This document shows, piece by piece, positions 43,282-51,859 of a DNA stretch of 64,000 bases. The notes beneath the pieces were generated by a model that saw only the letters and a program-made list of their open reading frames with translations, did not search any database and had not been told where the DNA came from. The DNA is from Podarcis pityusensis (taxonomy: Eukaryota). The position numbers and the translations under genes were made by a program. The first letter of the stretch is position 1. The number at the start of each line of letters is the position of its first letter. The stretch is taken from NCBI GenBank assembly GCA_964106645.2, contig CAXKZF020000230.1. One strand, 5' to 3'.

Positions 43282-44129
43282 ATGGACTCTCCGAGAACAT
43301 GGATACCGAAGGCGCTCAGGAGCATCTGAATCGCTACCAGGACGAGGACGATCACGAAGAAGATGCGTAACTTATCAGCCGGAAGCCTCATCAACAGGCG
43401 TGCACCGACGAGCGCACCGACGACCGAGCCAAGTGCGATGGGGCCGGCAATGCCAATATCGATATCCCCCCGCACGAAGTAGGCACCCGCGCTGGCGGCC
43501 GCCGTCACCCCGATCATGAAGTTCGACGTAGCAGATGAAACTTTGATGGGAAGTCGCAAGGCGGTGTCCATCGCCGGAATTTTCAGGACGCCAGAGCCGA
43601 TACCCAGCAGTGCAGAGATCAGGCCCGCGCCGTACATCAGCACCATGCCGAGCGGGACACGGCCGACCTGATAGGGCACCTCCTGCCCCGACACGTAATC
43701 GGGAAAGCTGGAGTGCAGGCGTAGGACCGTGGCCCAACTCTTCACGTTCGGGGCGCTCGCGTCAATCACTTCGCGCCGCTGCGCCAGCATCTGCTTTGCC
43801 GAAAGCGCTAGGATGGTCGCAAACAGACCATACAGAACCGACGTCGAGACGGTGCCGATGAGAAACACGCCGGTCAGCGCGCCGAGCGTGGTGGCTATCT
43901 CGAGGACAATTGCAAGCCGGATATTGGTCAGGCGACCTTTCAGGAACGGGGCCGCACTGCCGCACGAGCAGGCGATCACCGAAACGATGCTCGCGCCAAT
44001 CGCGACATGGATGTCCATGCCGAAAAGCAGAGTGAGGATCGGCACGATGAAGATGCCGCTGGCCATCCCTAGCACGCCACCGAGGGCACTTGCGATGAAA
44101 GCGGCCACGAATAGCCATAAGATTTCCAT
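43278..44129 (-). CDS. TauE/SafE sulfite-exporter family protein
   Basis: GVLGMASG, LLGIGSGVLKIPAMD, KVSSATSNFMIGVT. Confidence 0.9.
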   Translation of the reverse strand: MEILWLFVAAFIASALGGVLGMASGIFIVPILTLLFGMDIHVAIGASIVSVIACSCGSAAPFLKGRLTNIRLAIVLEIATTLGALTGVFLIGTVSTSVLYGLFATILALSAKQMLAQRREVIDASAPNVKSWATVLRLHSSFPDYVSGQEVPYQVGRVPLGMVLMYGAGLISALLGIGSGVLKIPAMDTALRLPIKVSSATSNFMIGVTAAASAGAYFVRGDIDIGIAGPIALGSVVGALVGARLLMRLPADKLRIFFVIVLVLVAIQMLLSAFGIHVLGESI

Positions 44130-44144
44130 TGCTCTGCCTCCGCG

Positions 44145-44888
44145 TTACGAACGGTCGCGCGGACGCCGGGCCAAGCGAGTGACGAAGCTGATTAGGTCAC
44201 CGCGATAGTGGAGCTTTTCGTAGTCGATGGGCCGCTGCCCCTCGGTGTAGGACGTGCGCTCGATCAGGAAAACCGCGCTGCCGGGATCGACGGCGAGGGC
44301 CTGCGCTACATCCGGCGTGGCAGTTACGGCTTCGAGCCGATACTCCGCCTCGGTGAGCGGCAAGTCGTATTTGCCTTCGAGCAGCGAGAAGATCGGCTCG
44401 GCGTCCAGATCGTGCATGACAATCTTCTCCCCGATCTCGCGCGGCAGGTAGGTTTCATCGAAGGACATGGCGATGCTATCGGCCAGCCGGACACGCTGAA
44501 TCCGCATGACGAGGTTGCCGGATGGCACGCCGAGCTGCCGGGCAACGCCTGCATCGGCAGGTACCACCTGCTTATCCAGCAGCCGGGCGGTCGGGGTGCG
44601 GCCAAGTGCCTGCATCTCCTCGACGAAGCCGGTCAGCTCGGTCAATTCCTGGGTAACCTTCGGCTGTGCGACGAAGGTGCCTTTGCCGCGCCGGATTTCG
44701 ACCAAGCCGCGTGCCACAAGGTTTTCAATCGCTTTGCGCACTGTTGTGCGGCTGACGCTGAACCGCTCGATTAAGCGATCTTCCGGCGGGAGCTGGCTCC
44801 CGGGAGAGAGCACCTCGGCCGAAATGTCAGAAGCCAGAGCCGCTTCGATCCTCGCATAAAGAGGACTGGATTCGTGGTCGCTGTTCAT
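44145..44888 (-). CDS. GntR (HutC/UTRA) regulator
   Basis: LPPE..L..FSVSRTTVRKA, GKGTFV, UTRA C-terminus. Confidence 0.93.
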   Translation of the reverse strand: MNSDHESSPLYARIEAALASDISAEVLSPGSQLPPEDRLIERFSVSRTTVRKAIENLVARGLVEIRRGKGTFVAQPKVTQELTELTGFVEEMQALGRTPTARLLDKQVVPADAGVARQLGVPSGNLVMRIQRVRLADSIAMSFDETYLPREIGEKIVMHDLDAEPIFSLLEGKYDLPLTEAEYRLEAVTATPDVAQALAVDPGSAVFLIERTSYTEGQRPIDYEKLHYRGDLISFVTRLARRPRDRS

Positions 44889-44925
44889 ATTGACATAGTG
44901 ACATCATGATGTCACTATGTCAATA
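44888..44925. promoter_or_regulatory. 38-bp perfect palindrome abutting the gntR start codon
   Basis: TATTGACATAGTGACATCA|TGATGTCACTATGTCAATA. Confidence 0.8.
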
Positions 44926-44929
44926 ATGA

Positions 44930-46020
44930 TGACCTGCTTCCAAGAAACGAGTCCAAGCTAAGCGAGAGGAAACGACCTAATCTAGAGCTATCAGGAGGCT
45001 CGTATGAAAAGGTCGAAGTTTACTGAGGAGCAGATTGCGTTCGCCCTCAAACAGGCAGAGTCAGGCGTGACGGTTCTGAGATCTGCCGGAAAATGGGCGT
45101 GTCGGAGCCTACCTTCTACACTTGGAAGAAAAAGTTCTCCGGTCTTGGTGTCTCTGAGCTGCGACGACTCAGGCAACTCGAAGAGGAGAACCGCAAACTC
45201 AAACAGCTGGTAGCCGACTTGAGTCTCGATAAAGCCATGCTTCAGGACGTGCTGGGAAAAAAGCTCTGAAGCCAGCGGCAAAACGGGAACTCGTGCTGAA
45301 GCTGCAAGACAGCTGGCGAATAAGCGAACGTCGAGCGGTCAAGGTGCTTGGGGCACACCGCTCGGGCATTCGCTACCGAGCCAAGCGTCCTCTGCTCGAC
45401 GCACCCATCCGCAAGCGCATGGAAGAGATCGCTGCCGTCCGGATCCGTTACGGCTACCGGCGCATACATATCCTCTTGCAACGGGAGGGATGGCGCGTCA
45501 ACAGCAAGCGCGTGTACCGCATTTACTGTCTGGCTGGACTCAACCTCCGAGCTAAGCGACCCAAAAGAAGACGCATGGCAAGTCACCGCAGCGCTCGGCC
45601 TGAGCTAACACTGGCAAATGACTGCTGGACGTTTGCTTTCGTCTCCGACGCCCTATTTAACGGCAGGCGCTTTCGTGCCTTGAGCGTGATGGATCAGTTC
45701 ACCAGAGAGTGCCTAACCATCCACGCCGACCAACACATCAAAGGAGAGCAGGTCGTTGCTTTAATGCGCCAGCTGGCAGCTTCTCGTGGCATCCCCAAAC
45801 GCCTCCAGACGGATAACGGTAGCGAGTTCATCAGCAAAACCCTAGACCGTTGGGCGTGCGAGCATCGGGTGGCCATGGACTTCTCCCGGCCTGGTCGCCC
45901 TACCGACAATCCCTTCATCGAATCGTTCAATGGCTCATTCAGAGATGAATGTCTCAACATCCACTGGTTTTTATCGCTCGACGATGCTCGGGAGAAAATC
46001 GAAAACTGGAGGGTTGACTG
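44930..46020 (+). mobile_element. IS3-family (IS407-like) element, 3'-truncated
   Basis: MKRSKFTEEQI orfA; AAAAAAG slippery site; YGYRR, DNGSEF, NPFIESFNG in orfB. Confidence 0.92.
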
Positions 46021-46230
46021 TTATAGAGCGTCTTCTATGGACCATAAGCCGGTGGCGCATCTTTCCATTGCGCAGAACATAGATGATTCCGCTCACCACT
46101 AGCCGATCATCCACTCGTGCTATCCCATGTGAACGTGGAAAGTACGGTTTGATCTGCTCCAGCTGCGACTCACTCAGCAAGTAAGGTGAGTCCATAGCAA
46201 GTTATACCGATTAATGAGTCCTGAGCCTAG
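46021..46230 (-). mobile_element. IS5-family (IS427-like) 5' remnant
   Basis: LSESQ..IKPYFP.SHG..RVDDR.VVSGIIYV.RNG. Confidence 0.8.
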
Positions 46231-46231
46231 C

Positions 46232-46384
46232 ATCCCTGTTCGTTTACGACGTTACAACTTGGCGCGAGGCTTCGCTTTGTGGAACGAGTTGTCGCTTTCT
46301 ATCCCCCAAAAGCTTTACAAGAGCAATGACTTCTCGGCCTGCTGTAACTTGATTTTGCCTCATGCAAAATAACTTGACGGAGCC
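46232..46384 (+). mobile_element. IS6 3' remnant
   Basis: RGFALWNELS and end CAAAATAACTTGACGGAGCC match the IS6 at 21178-22011. Confidence 0.75.
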
Positions 46385-46431
46385 CCTTGGGTGTAGTCAT
46401 ACCTCACTACAGATTATAGCCTAAGGGCATC

Positions 46432-47763
46432 TTACCTGCGCTTCTTAAATGTATAAATGCCCAACACTGAGTAAAACCCAAGCCGTTTGTACACGAAATA
46501 CGACAGCAGGGTGTTCCACGCGAGCGTTCCCAGAGCCGTAGCAATGGCTGCACCCTCGAGCCCCAACCTCGGAATGAGCAGCAGATTGAGGGCAATGTTA
46601 ACAACTGCACTGATGCCGACGACCAGCCCTGTGTCGCGTTCGTGTCCAGTCATATTCAGCAGCATGGCGACGGTCCCGGTTGCGGCGTTGATAAGCTGTC
46701 CGATGCTGAGAATCGTTAGGGTAGCGCGGGCCGCAGAAAAATCTGAAGGATAGAGGCCGAGGAAAATGTTGCCGAGAAAGATGAAGCCCAAGGCGATAGG
46801 CAGCGAAACGAGCGTGATGGTGACGGTGCTGCGGGCGACGACTGACTCAAGCTGTCGCTTCTTCCCTTCGGCGTAAAGCCTTGCCAAGAGCGGCGCAAAA
46901 GCCGTATTTACAGCAAGCAGAACCATCGCAATAAAGTCGGCTCCGCGTGAGGCAACTTGATAAAGACTTACCTCAGTCGGTGTGCCAAGTGTAGTAAGCA
47001 TTAGGATGCCGGTACGGGCGTTCAGCACATACATCCCACTGATAAGCATAAACGGGAGCGCCGTTTTGAGCCAGGAGGTCTTATAACTTGGCGCGACTAC
47101 CGGAGCGTTCCGTAAAACGCGGGCGAGCAAATACGCGCCGACCCAAAAGGCGACCAGCGTCGCGGTGCAGAGCGCAGCAATGGCCCACGGCGCAGAAAAC
47201 TGTACTGAAAACCGAGGGAGTATAAACCACGCCGACACGCTCAAGCCGATGATGAGTAGGGGCCGTAAAACAAGTTCAGGCCACTGTCCGCCGACGATGT
47301 GGTCGAAACCGCGCATGGCAGCCTGCCGTAACGTTGTCAGAGACATCAGCGGTAGCGCAGCGAGAACGAAATACAAACTCAGGCGCAGCGCGTCCCGGTC
47401 TCGGACGACATACGTCACGATGAGCGCCCCGGCTCCGACAACGACGAATGAAAAGGTCAAGACGGCGAGATTGCCCCACCGTAAAAAGCCGTAAAGCTTG
47501 TCCCATTTGCCCTGCGCCCGAAACACCGCAATCTCCCGAACCATAAACCTGTCCATTCCGAGGGAGGTCGGAACGGTTAAAAACGTGAGCCACTCAAGCG
47601 CTGTTGTATATGTGCCATATCCTCTTGCCCCGAGGAGATGTGTCAAAACTAGGCTGGTCACAAAGGCCAGGCCGGTTGAGATAATTCGGAGGCCAAAAGT
47701 AAAGACTGCGCCGCGTCCTGCGCTGCTCGGTCTATTGAGGATAGCGTTAAGAGACGTGACCAT
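46432..47763 (-). CDS. Oligosaccharide flippase (Wzx/MATE-like)
   Basis: About 12 TMs, LGARGYGTY, LLIPRLGLEGAAIAT. Confidence 0.88.
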   Translation of the reverse strand: MVTSLNAILNRPSSAGRGAVFTFGLRIISTGLAFVTSLVLTHLLGARGYGTYTTALEWLTFLTVPTSLGMDRFMVREIAVFRAQGKWDKLYGFLRWGNLAVLTFSFVVVGAGALIVTYVVRDRDALRLSLYFVLAALPLMSLTTLRQAAMRGFDHIVGGQWPELVLRPLLIIGLSVSAWFILPRFSVQFSAPWAIAALCTATLVAFWVGAYLLARVLRNAPVVAPSYKTSWLKTALPFMLISGMYVLNARTGILMLTTLGTPTEVSLYQVASRGADFIAMVLLAVNTAFAPLLARLYAEGKKRQLESVVARSTVTITLVSLPIALGFIFLGNIFLGLYPSDFSAARATLTILSIGQLINAATGTVAMLLNMTGHERDTGLVVGISAVVNIALNLLLIPRLGLEGAAIATALGTLAWNTLLSYFVYKRLGFYSVLGIYTFKKRR

Positions 47764-47843
47764 AGAAACAGTATATGATGAAGCTGGAGTTGACCTAATT
47801 AAGTATAGCTTGTATGTCGTTGATGGGTTATGGGAAAGGCCAA

Positions 47844-48580
47844 TTAGTAGTTTGAATCTTGAGTTCGGTCATCCTCCTGTAAGTGATCGAACGAGTAACC
47901 TTCTAGCTGTTTCAAATATAGGTGTGAATATTCATCCTGTAGAGTCATGAGTTCACTGTGGGTGCCTACTTCAACAATTTCGCCGTGATTTAGTACAATA
48001 ATTGAGTACGCATTGCAAATTGTATTGAAACGATGAGAGATCAGGAGTGACGTCGAATGTTTGAAACTCCTTTCGACGTTTACGAGAAGGCGAGCCTCTG
48101 TATCTGCGTCTAGTGCGTAAGTAGGCTCGTCCAAAATTACAAGTGAAGCGTTACGCATAGCGGCGCGGGCTATAGCGATTCTCTGCCATTGACCTCCTGA
48201 TAGATCGACGCCGGTATTTTCGTAGTCATCAAAACGGCGACTGAGTAGCGTATTGGTTCCGTCTGGCAACTCGCTTATCATTTCATCGAGTTCAGAAACT
48301 TGCAAAGCAAAGGGTATCATCGTTTCAGCTTCAGGATTATCAATGTCCCCTACTGCTATGTTCTCAAAAGGCTAAGGTCATATTGCTGAAAATCTTGAAA
48401 AACTGCGCTAAGGTTCTTTTTGTACGCTTCCAAGTCAAGAGACTCTATATCATGACCGTCCCATAAGATTTTGCCTTCGGTCGGTTTGTACATTCGAGTG
48501 AGAAGCTTCACCACAGTTGACTTTCCCGAACCGTTAAGGCCTACTAAGGCTGTTGTTTTATTGGCGGGGATGGACATATT
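47844..48580 (-). pseudogene. ABC exporter ATPase domain remnant (low GC, 5'-deleted, frameshifted)
   Basis: GLNGSGKST, VFQDF, LSGGQWQR, LDEPT, ISHR. Confidence 0.85.
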
Positions 48581-48841
48581 TATACGCGAGCCTCTGCCGT
48601 CACGCAGCCCGGCGCATGGCCGGGACGCTGATTCCCATTCTGGTAGGGGAGAACACCAGCCCTGAGCAGTTCGAGCGGATCTTTGGCCGCGTCTATTCGG
48701 CAACTTCAGCCTCGGAGATCCCGGCGCTCATCAAGCGGGTGCTGCTGGCAACCCGGCGGAGCTGAGTCTACGCGTGGCCCCAAGGGGCAAGTAGAACGAA
48801 CGCGCGCTCAGGGCGCGCAGGCCCAAGCCAAGGAGGCCAGT

Positions 48842-48964
48842 ATGGGCAAAGCCAGCCGCGTCCGCATCCCCGCAGGGCATCGCCCTCGGCGACACACCCG
48901 CGTTATGCGCGATAAGCGTACTCGCCGCGCTCGCGACAAGCTCCGCCGGGAACTCTCCCACTAA
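48842..48964 (+). CDS. 40-aa Arg-rich peptide
   Basis: AAGGAGG RBS; MGKASRVRIPAGHRPRRHTRVMRDKRTRRARDKLRRELSH. Confidence 0.55.
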   Translation: MGKASRVRIPAGHRPRRHTRVMRDKRTRRARDKLRRELSH

Positions 48965-49259
48965 ACCCACAGGGATGTTCGCAAAGCCACCAAAGGGCAG
49001 AAAGCACAAGCGAGTAACCCCGAGTAGTGGCGCGAGCGTCCCTCAGCGTTTACACGGACGCGTGCCTCGATGACCTCCCTGCGGTCGGTCCGGCACGCGA
49101 CCTCAAAAGGGTAAAGTCCGCACTTTTGCGGGTAACCACCGCACTTTACAAAAACTAGGCACCGTCCAACACGGCTCAAACACGCGCTCAGAAACGCATT
49201 AAGGCTTAACGAGCGCACGCTACTCGTGCAGCCGCTCCCTCAAAGGGAGCGTGATGAGC

Positions 49260-49466
49260 ATGATTGTCAGCGTAAAGAGCCTCTACAGCGGCACCCTCAA
49301 CCACATGGACTTGCGGGTAACTCGAGAGCAGCTCGAGCGTTGGCACAAAGAGGGCGAAGCGATCCTGGTGGCGATGCCTAACCTGAATGCCGACGAGGTG
49401 CAGTTTCTGGTGTCGGGCATGACCCCACAGGAGCGGGTGGCTCGGTTTGGTCCGCTCGCCAGATAA
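49260..49466 (+). CDS. Small phage/plasmid-type hypothetical protein, family A copy 1
   Basis: W..G..I...MP.L....FL.SG.TP.E pattern shared with 49952..50155. Confidence 0.75.
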   Translation: MIVSVKSLYSGTLNHMDLRVTREQLERWHKEGEAILVAMPNLNADEVQFLVSGMTPQERVARFGPLAR

Positions 49467-49555
49467 AAAAGAGCACGCCCTTGGGGGGCGCGCAGTCTGA
49501 AGGTGTTCCTCGAAGAGGCCGTGCTTCGGGGAACATTCTACTACCGGAGGCGATC

Positions 49556-49855
49556 ATGACTAAGGAACGAATCGTCTACGTCGATGGCGACAGTTGCTGG
49601 CTGGAGACTCCCAAAAGCGACATTGAGGAGCTTGATCTGGACGCCTTCAGCATGGCGTACGCCTATAAGGACGGTGACACGCTCTACCTGAGCTAATTCG
49701 ACGAGATGCCCGCGTACCTCGAAGCGGCTGAAGCTGCGGGCTGGCACCTCACCCTCAAACCCGTCATCTCGGAAGGGAAGAGCAAGCTGGTGGTGGACCT
49801 GCCGCACCTGCTCGCCCCGAAAGAAGCCGACGGCTTCTGCTACCGTTACGCCTGA
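49556..49855 (+). pseudogene. Small hypothetical protein, family B copy 1, in-frame TAA at 49694
   Basis: Aligns across the stop with 51144..51404 (YKDGDTLYLS*FDEMPAYL..A.A.GW vs YEQGERVFLEEDQDAPLFM..A.A.GW). Confidence 0.7.
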
Positions 49856-49951
49856 GCGAAAAAAGGCGCTCGGGTGAGTACCGAGCAGTCGGGAAGGGTC
49901 CCTTGTAGCAGGCCGTGTCTACGGGGGACATTCTACGTCTGGAGGTACTGG

Positions 49952-50155
49952 ATGATCGTCGCGAAAGTCTCACCCATGAACGGGCAGGTCAATCAGCTCG
50001 AACTGCCCATCACCCAAGGCGCGTACGAAGCGTGGCGCTCGGGTGCCCTGATCCAGAGCGTCATGCCGCACCTCTCGCCCGTCCAGCGTGAGTTTCTCAT
50101 CAGCGGCTACACACCCGAAGAGCAAAACATCCTGTTCGCTCCCTACAACGAGTAA
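49952..50155 (+). CDS. Small hypothetical protein, family A copy 2
   Basis: GGAGG RBS; LIQSVMPHLSPVQREFLISGYTPEE. Confidence 0.78.
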   Translation: MIVAKVSPMNGQVNQLELPITQGAYEAWRSGALIQSVMPHLSPVQREFLISGYTPEEQNILFAPYNE

Positions 50156-50262
50156 GCCCGGATCGGGGTAACTCGAGCGACAAAAGTAACGCGTCCGGAG
50201 GACGCAGAAAAGAGCTATAGGGAGCAAAGGGTTCCCTAGCATTCAGCCTTAGGAGGCACAGC

Positions 50263-51012
50263 ATGAAAGGTATCAACGAAGCAACATTTGTCGGCGCAGT
50301 AGCCACCAGCGAACTCCGTTACACCACCGGAGGTATGGGCATCCTCGAGCTTACCCTCGCAGGGCGCACCCCGGTCGAAACCGACGGGGGTGAAACCAAG
50401 CACCTGAGCTTCTACCAGCGCGTCAAGGCGTTCGGAAAGTTCGCCGAGTCGCTCTCGGAGAGTATCAGCGTCGGTGACGTGGTGCACGTTGAAGGGCGGT
50501 CGGATTACCGCTCGTGGGACAGTGAAAACGGCAAACGCTCCAGCGTCGAGGTGGTTATCGAAACCATCAACACGCTCAATCCCGAGCACTTCACCATCGA
50601 GAATGACACCAAAGGCCAGCCGGTACTGGTCGAGGGCGTTAACGAAGTGACGCTCGGCGGGAACCTCACTAAGGACGCCGAACTGCGCTATCTGCCGACT
50701 GGCGCGGCTGTTGCTGCTTTCAACATCGCTGTGAACGAACGTGTCGGTAAGGACGAGCGCGTGGGCTTCCACCGTATTGAAGCGTGGCGCGCGCTTGCTG
50801 AAGCGAACGCCGAAGCCGCCAAGGGGGAAGGTGTCATCGTCACCGGGCGGCTCGTGAACGAGTCGTGGGACGACAAGGACGGCAACCGGCAGTACGGCAC
50901 CAAGGTCGAAGCCACCCGCCTCTACCGCGTCGCTGCCAGGGCCGACCGGCCAGCAGCCCCGCCGCCCGTTCAGGACGAAAAGATCGCGCCTGAAGCCGAT
51001 CTACCCTTCTAG
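50263..51012 (+). CDS. ssb: Single-stranded DNA-binding protein, Deinococcus/Thermus two-OB-fold type
   Basis: Two N(E)..G....ELRY repeats, GRLVNESW, acidic DLPF tail. Confidence 0.95.
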   Translation: MKGINEATFVGAVATSELRYTTGGMGILELTLAGRTPVETDGGETKHLSFYQRVKAFGKFAESLSESISVGDVVHVEGRSDYRSWDSENGKRSSVEVVIETINTLNPEHFTIENDTKGQPVLVEGVNEVTLGGNLTKDAELRYLPTGAAVAAFNIAVNERVGKDERVGFHRIEAWRALAEANAEAAKGEGVIVTGRLVNESWDDKDGNRQYGTKVEATRLYRVAARADRPAAPPPVQDEKIAPEADLPF

Positions 51013-51099
51013 AAATTATCCCAAGGCGGGGCCGGTTGGCCCCGCACCAGCACCCCCTGACCCAACGGTCAGGTTCAACCCAACAGAACCCAATAAGAC

Positions 51100-51131
51100 G
51101 CGCGGGAGCTTCGGCTCCCGCGCTATTTTTT
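51100..51131 (+). terminator. Rho-independent terminator after ssb
   Basis: GCGCGGGAGC-TTCG-GCTCCCGCGC-TATTTTTT. Confidence 0.85.
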
Positions 51132-51143
51132 ATGGGAGACACC

Positions 51144-51404
51144 ATGCACAAGACTTTGAACTTCCACAACGACCCCGGACATGGCTGGCTAGAGGTCGAG
51201 AAACCTGACCTCATGGCGCTCGGGATTGCCGAACAGATCACCCCCTTCTCGTACGAGCAAGGCGAACGCGTCTTCCTCGAGGAGGACCAGGATGCCCCCT
51301 TGTTCATGAGGGAGGCTCGAGCCACCGGCTGGCGCGTCGAGACCACCGACTGCTATACCCCCGGAAGTAGCTTCGTCCGGAACCTCGAGCCCTACCGTCC
51401 GTAA
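51144..51404 (+). CDS. Small hypothetical protein, family B copy 2 (DPGHGWL...LEED type)
   Basis: FHNDPGHGWLEV, ITPFSY, FLEEDQDA. Confidence 0.8.
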   Translation: MHKTLNFHNDPGHGWLEVEKPDLMALGIAEQITPFSYEQGERVFLEEDQDAPLFMREARATGWRVETTDCYTPGSSFVRNLEPYRP

Positions 51405-51437
51405 AAGGAGCGCACCCGAGGCGTGCAGCCCAGAGGT

Positions 51438-51803
51438 ATGGAAAAGATTACGGTGGTGAAAAGGGGAGCGCTGCGTCGGGACGTCAACCGCTTCAGTGTC
51501 GGCAGAGGGAGTAGCGGCACGGGCAAGGGTTGCACACCCCTGCACGAACTCGCCAACCCCTTTAAGATCAAGCCTTACGGGCAATATGAGCGGGGCGAGA
51601 CCTTAAAGCACTATGAGGCTTACCTGCGCGAGAAGATCACCGAGCGGGATGAAGCTATCTGCAGGGCGCTCAACACTCTCTGGCTGGCTGCCAGCAAAGG
51701 CGAGATCGAACTCGAGTGTTTCTGTGCTCCGCAAGGGTGCCACAGCGACGTCATCGTGAAGCTGCTTAACGAGGTAGCTCGAGCTCGGGACCACGCAACC
51801 TAA
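51438..51803 (+). CDS. DUF4326-family protein
   Basis: VGRG..LANPF, LECFCAPQGCHSDVI. Confidence 0.85.
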   Translation: MEKITVVKRGALRRDVNRFSVGRGSSGTGKGCTPLHELANPFKIKPYGQYERGETLKHYEAYLREKITERDEAICRALNTLWLAASKGEIELECFCAPQGCHSDVIVKLLNEVARARDHAT

Positions 51804-51859
51804 AAGGGTACGCGCCCCCAAAAAGGCGGGGGCGCACTGGAGTGAGCAAGGAGGTGGTT

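Larger units (their letters stand above)
48802..51837 (+). repeat. Eight dispersed intergenic GC-[stem-loop]-GC-A(G/C) hairpins
   Basis: Copies start at 48802, 49215, 49473, 49868, 50191, 51026, 51412 and 51812; stems differ in sequence but remain paired. Confidence 0.7.

Noticed and set aside
16815-49696. Stop-codon readthrough or recoding (TAG 16815, TGA 40721, TAA 49694)
   Set aside because: Three different stops, each one substitution from the expected codon (TAC, TGG, GAA); point mutation or base-call error is more likely.
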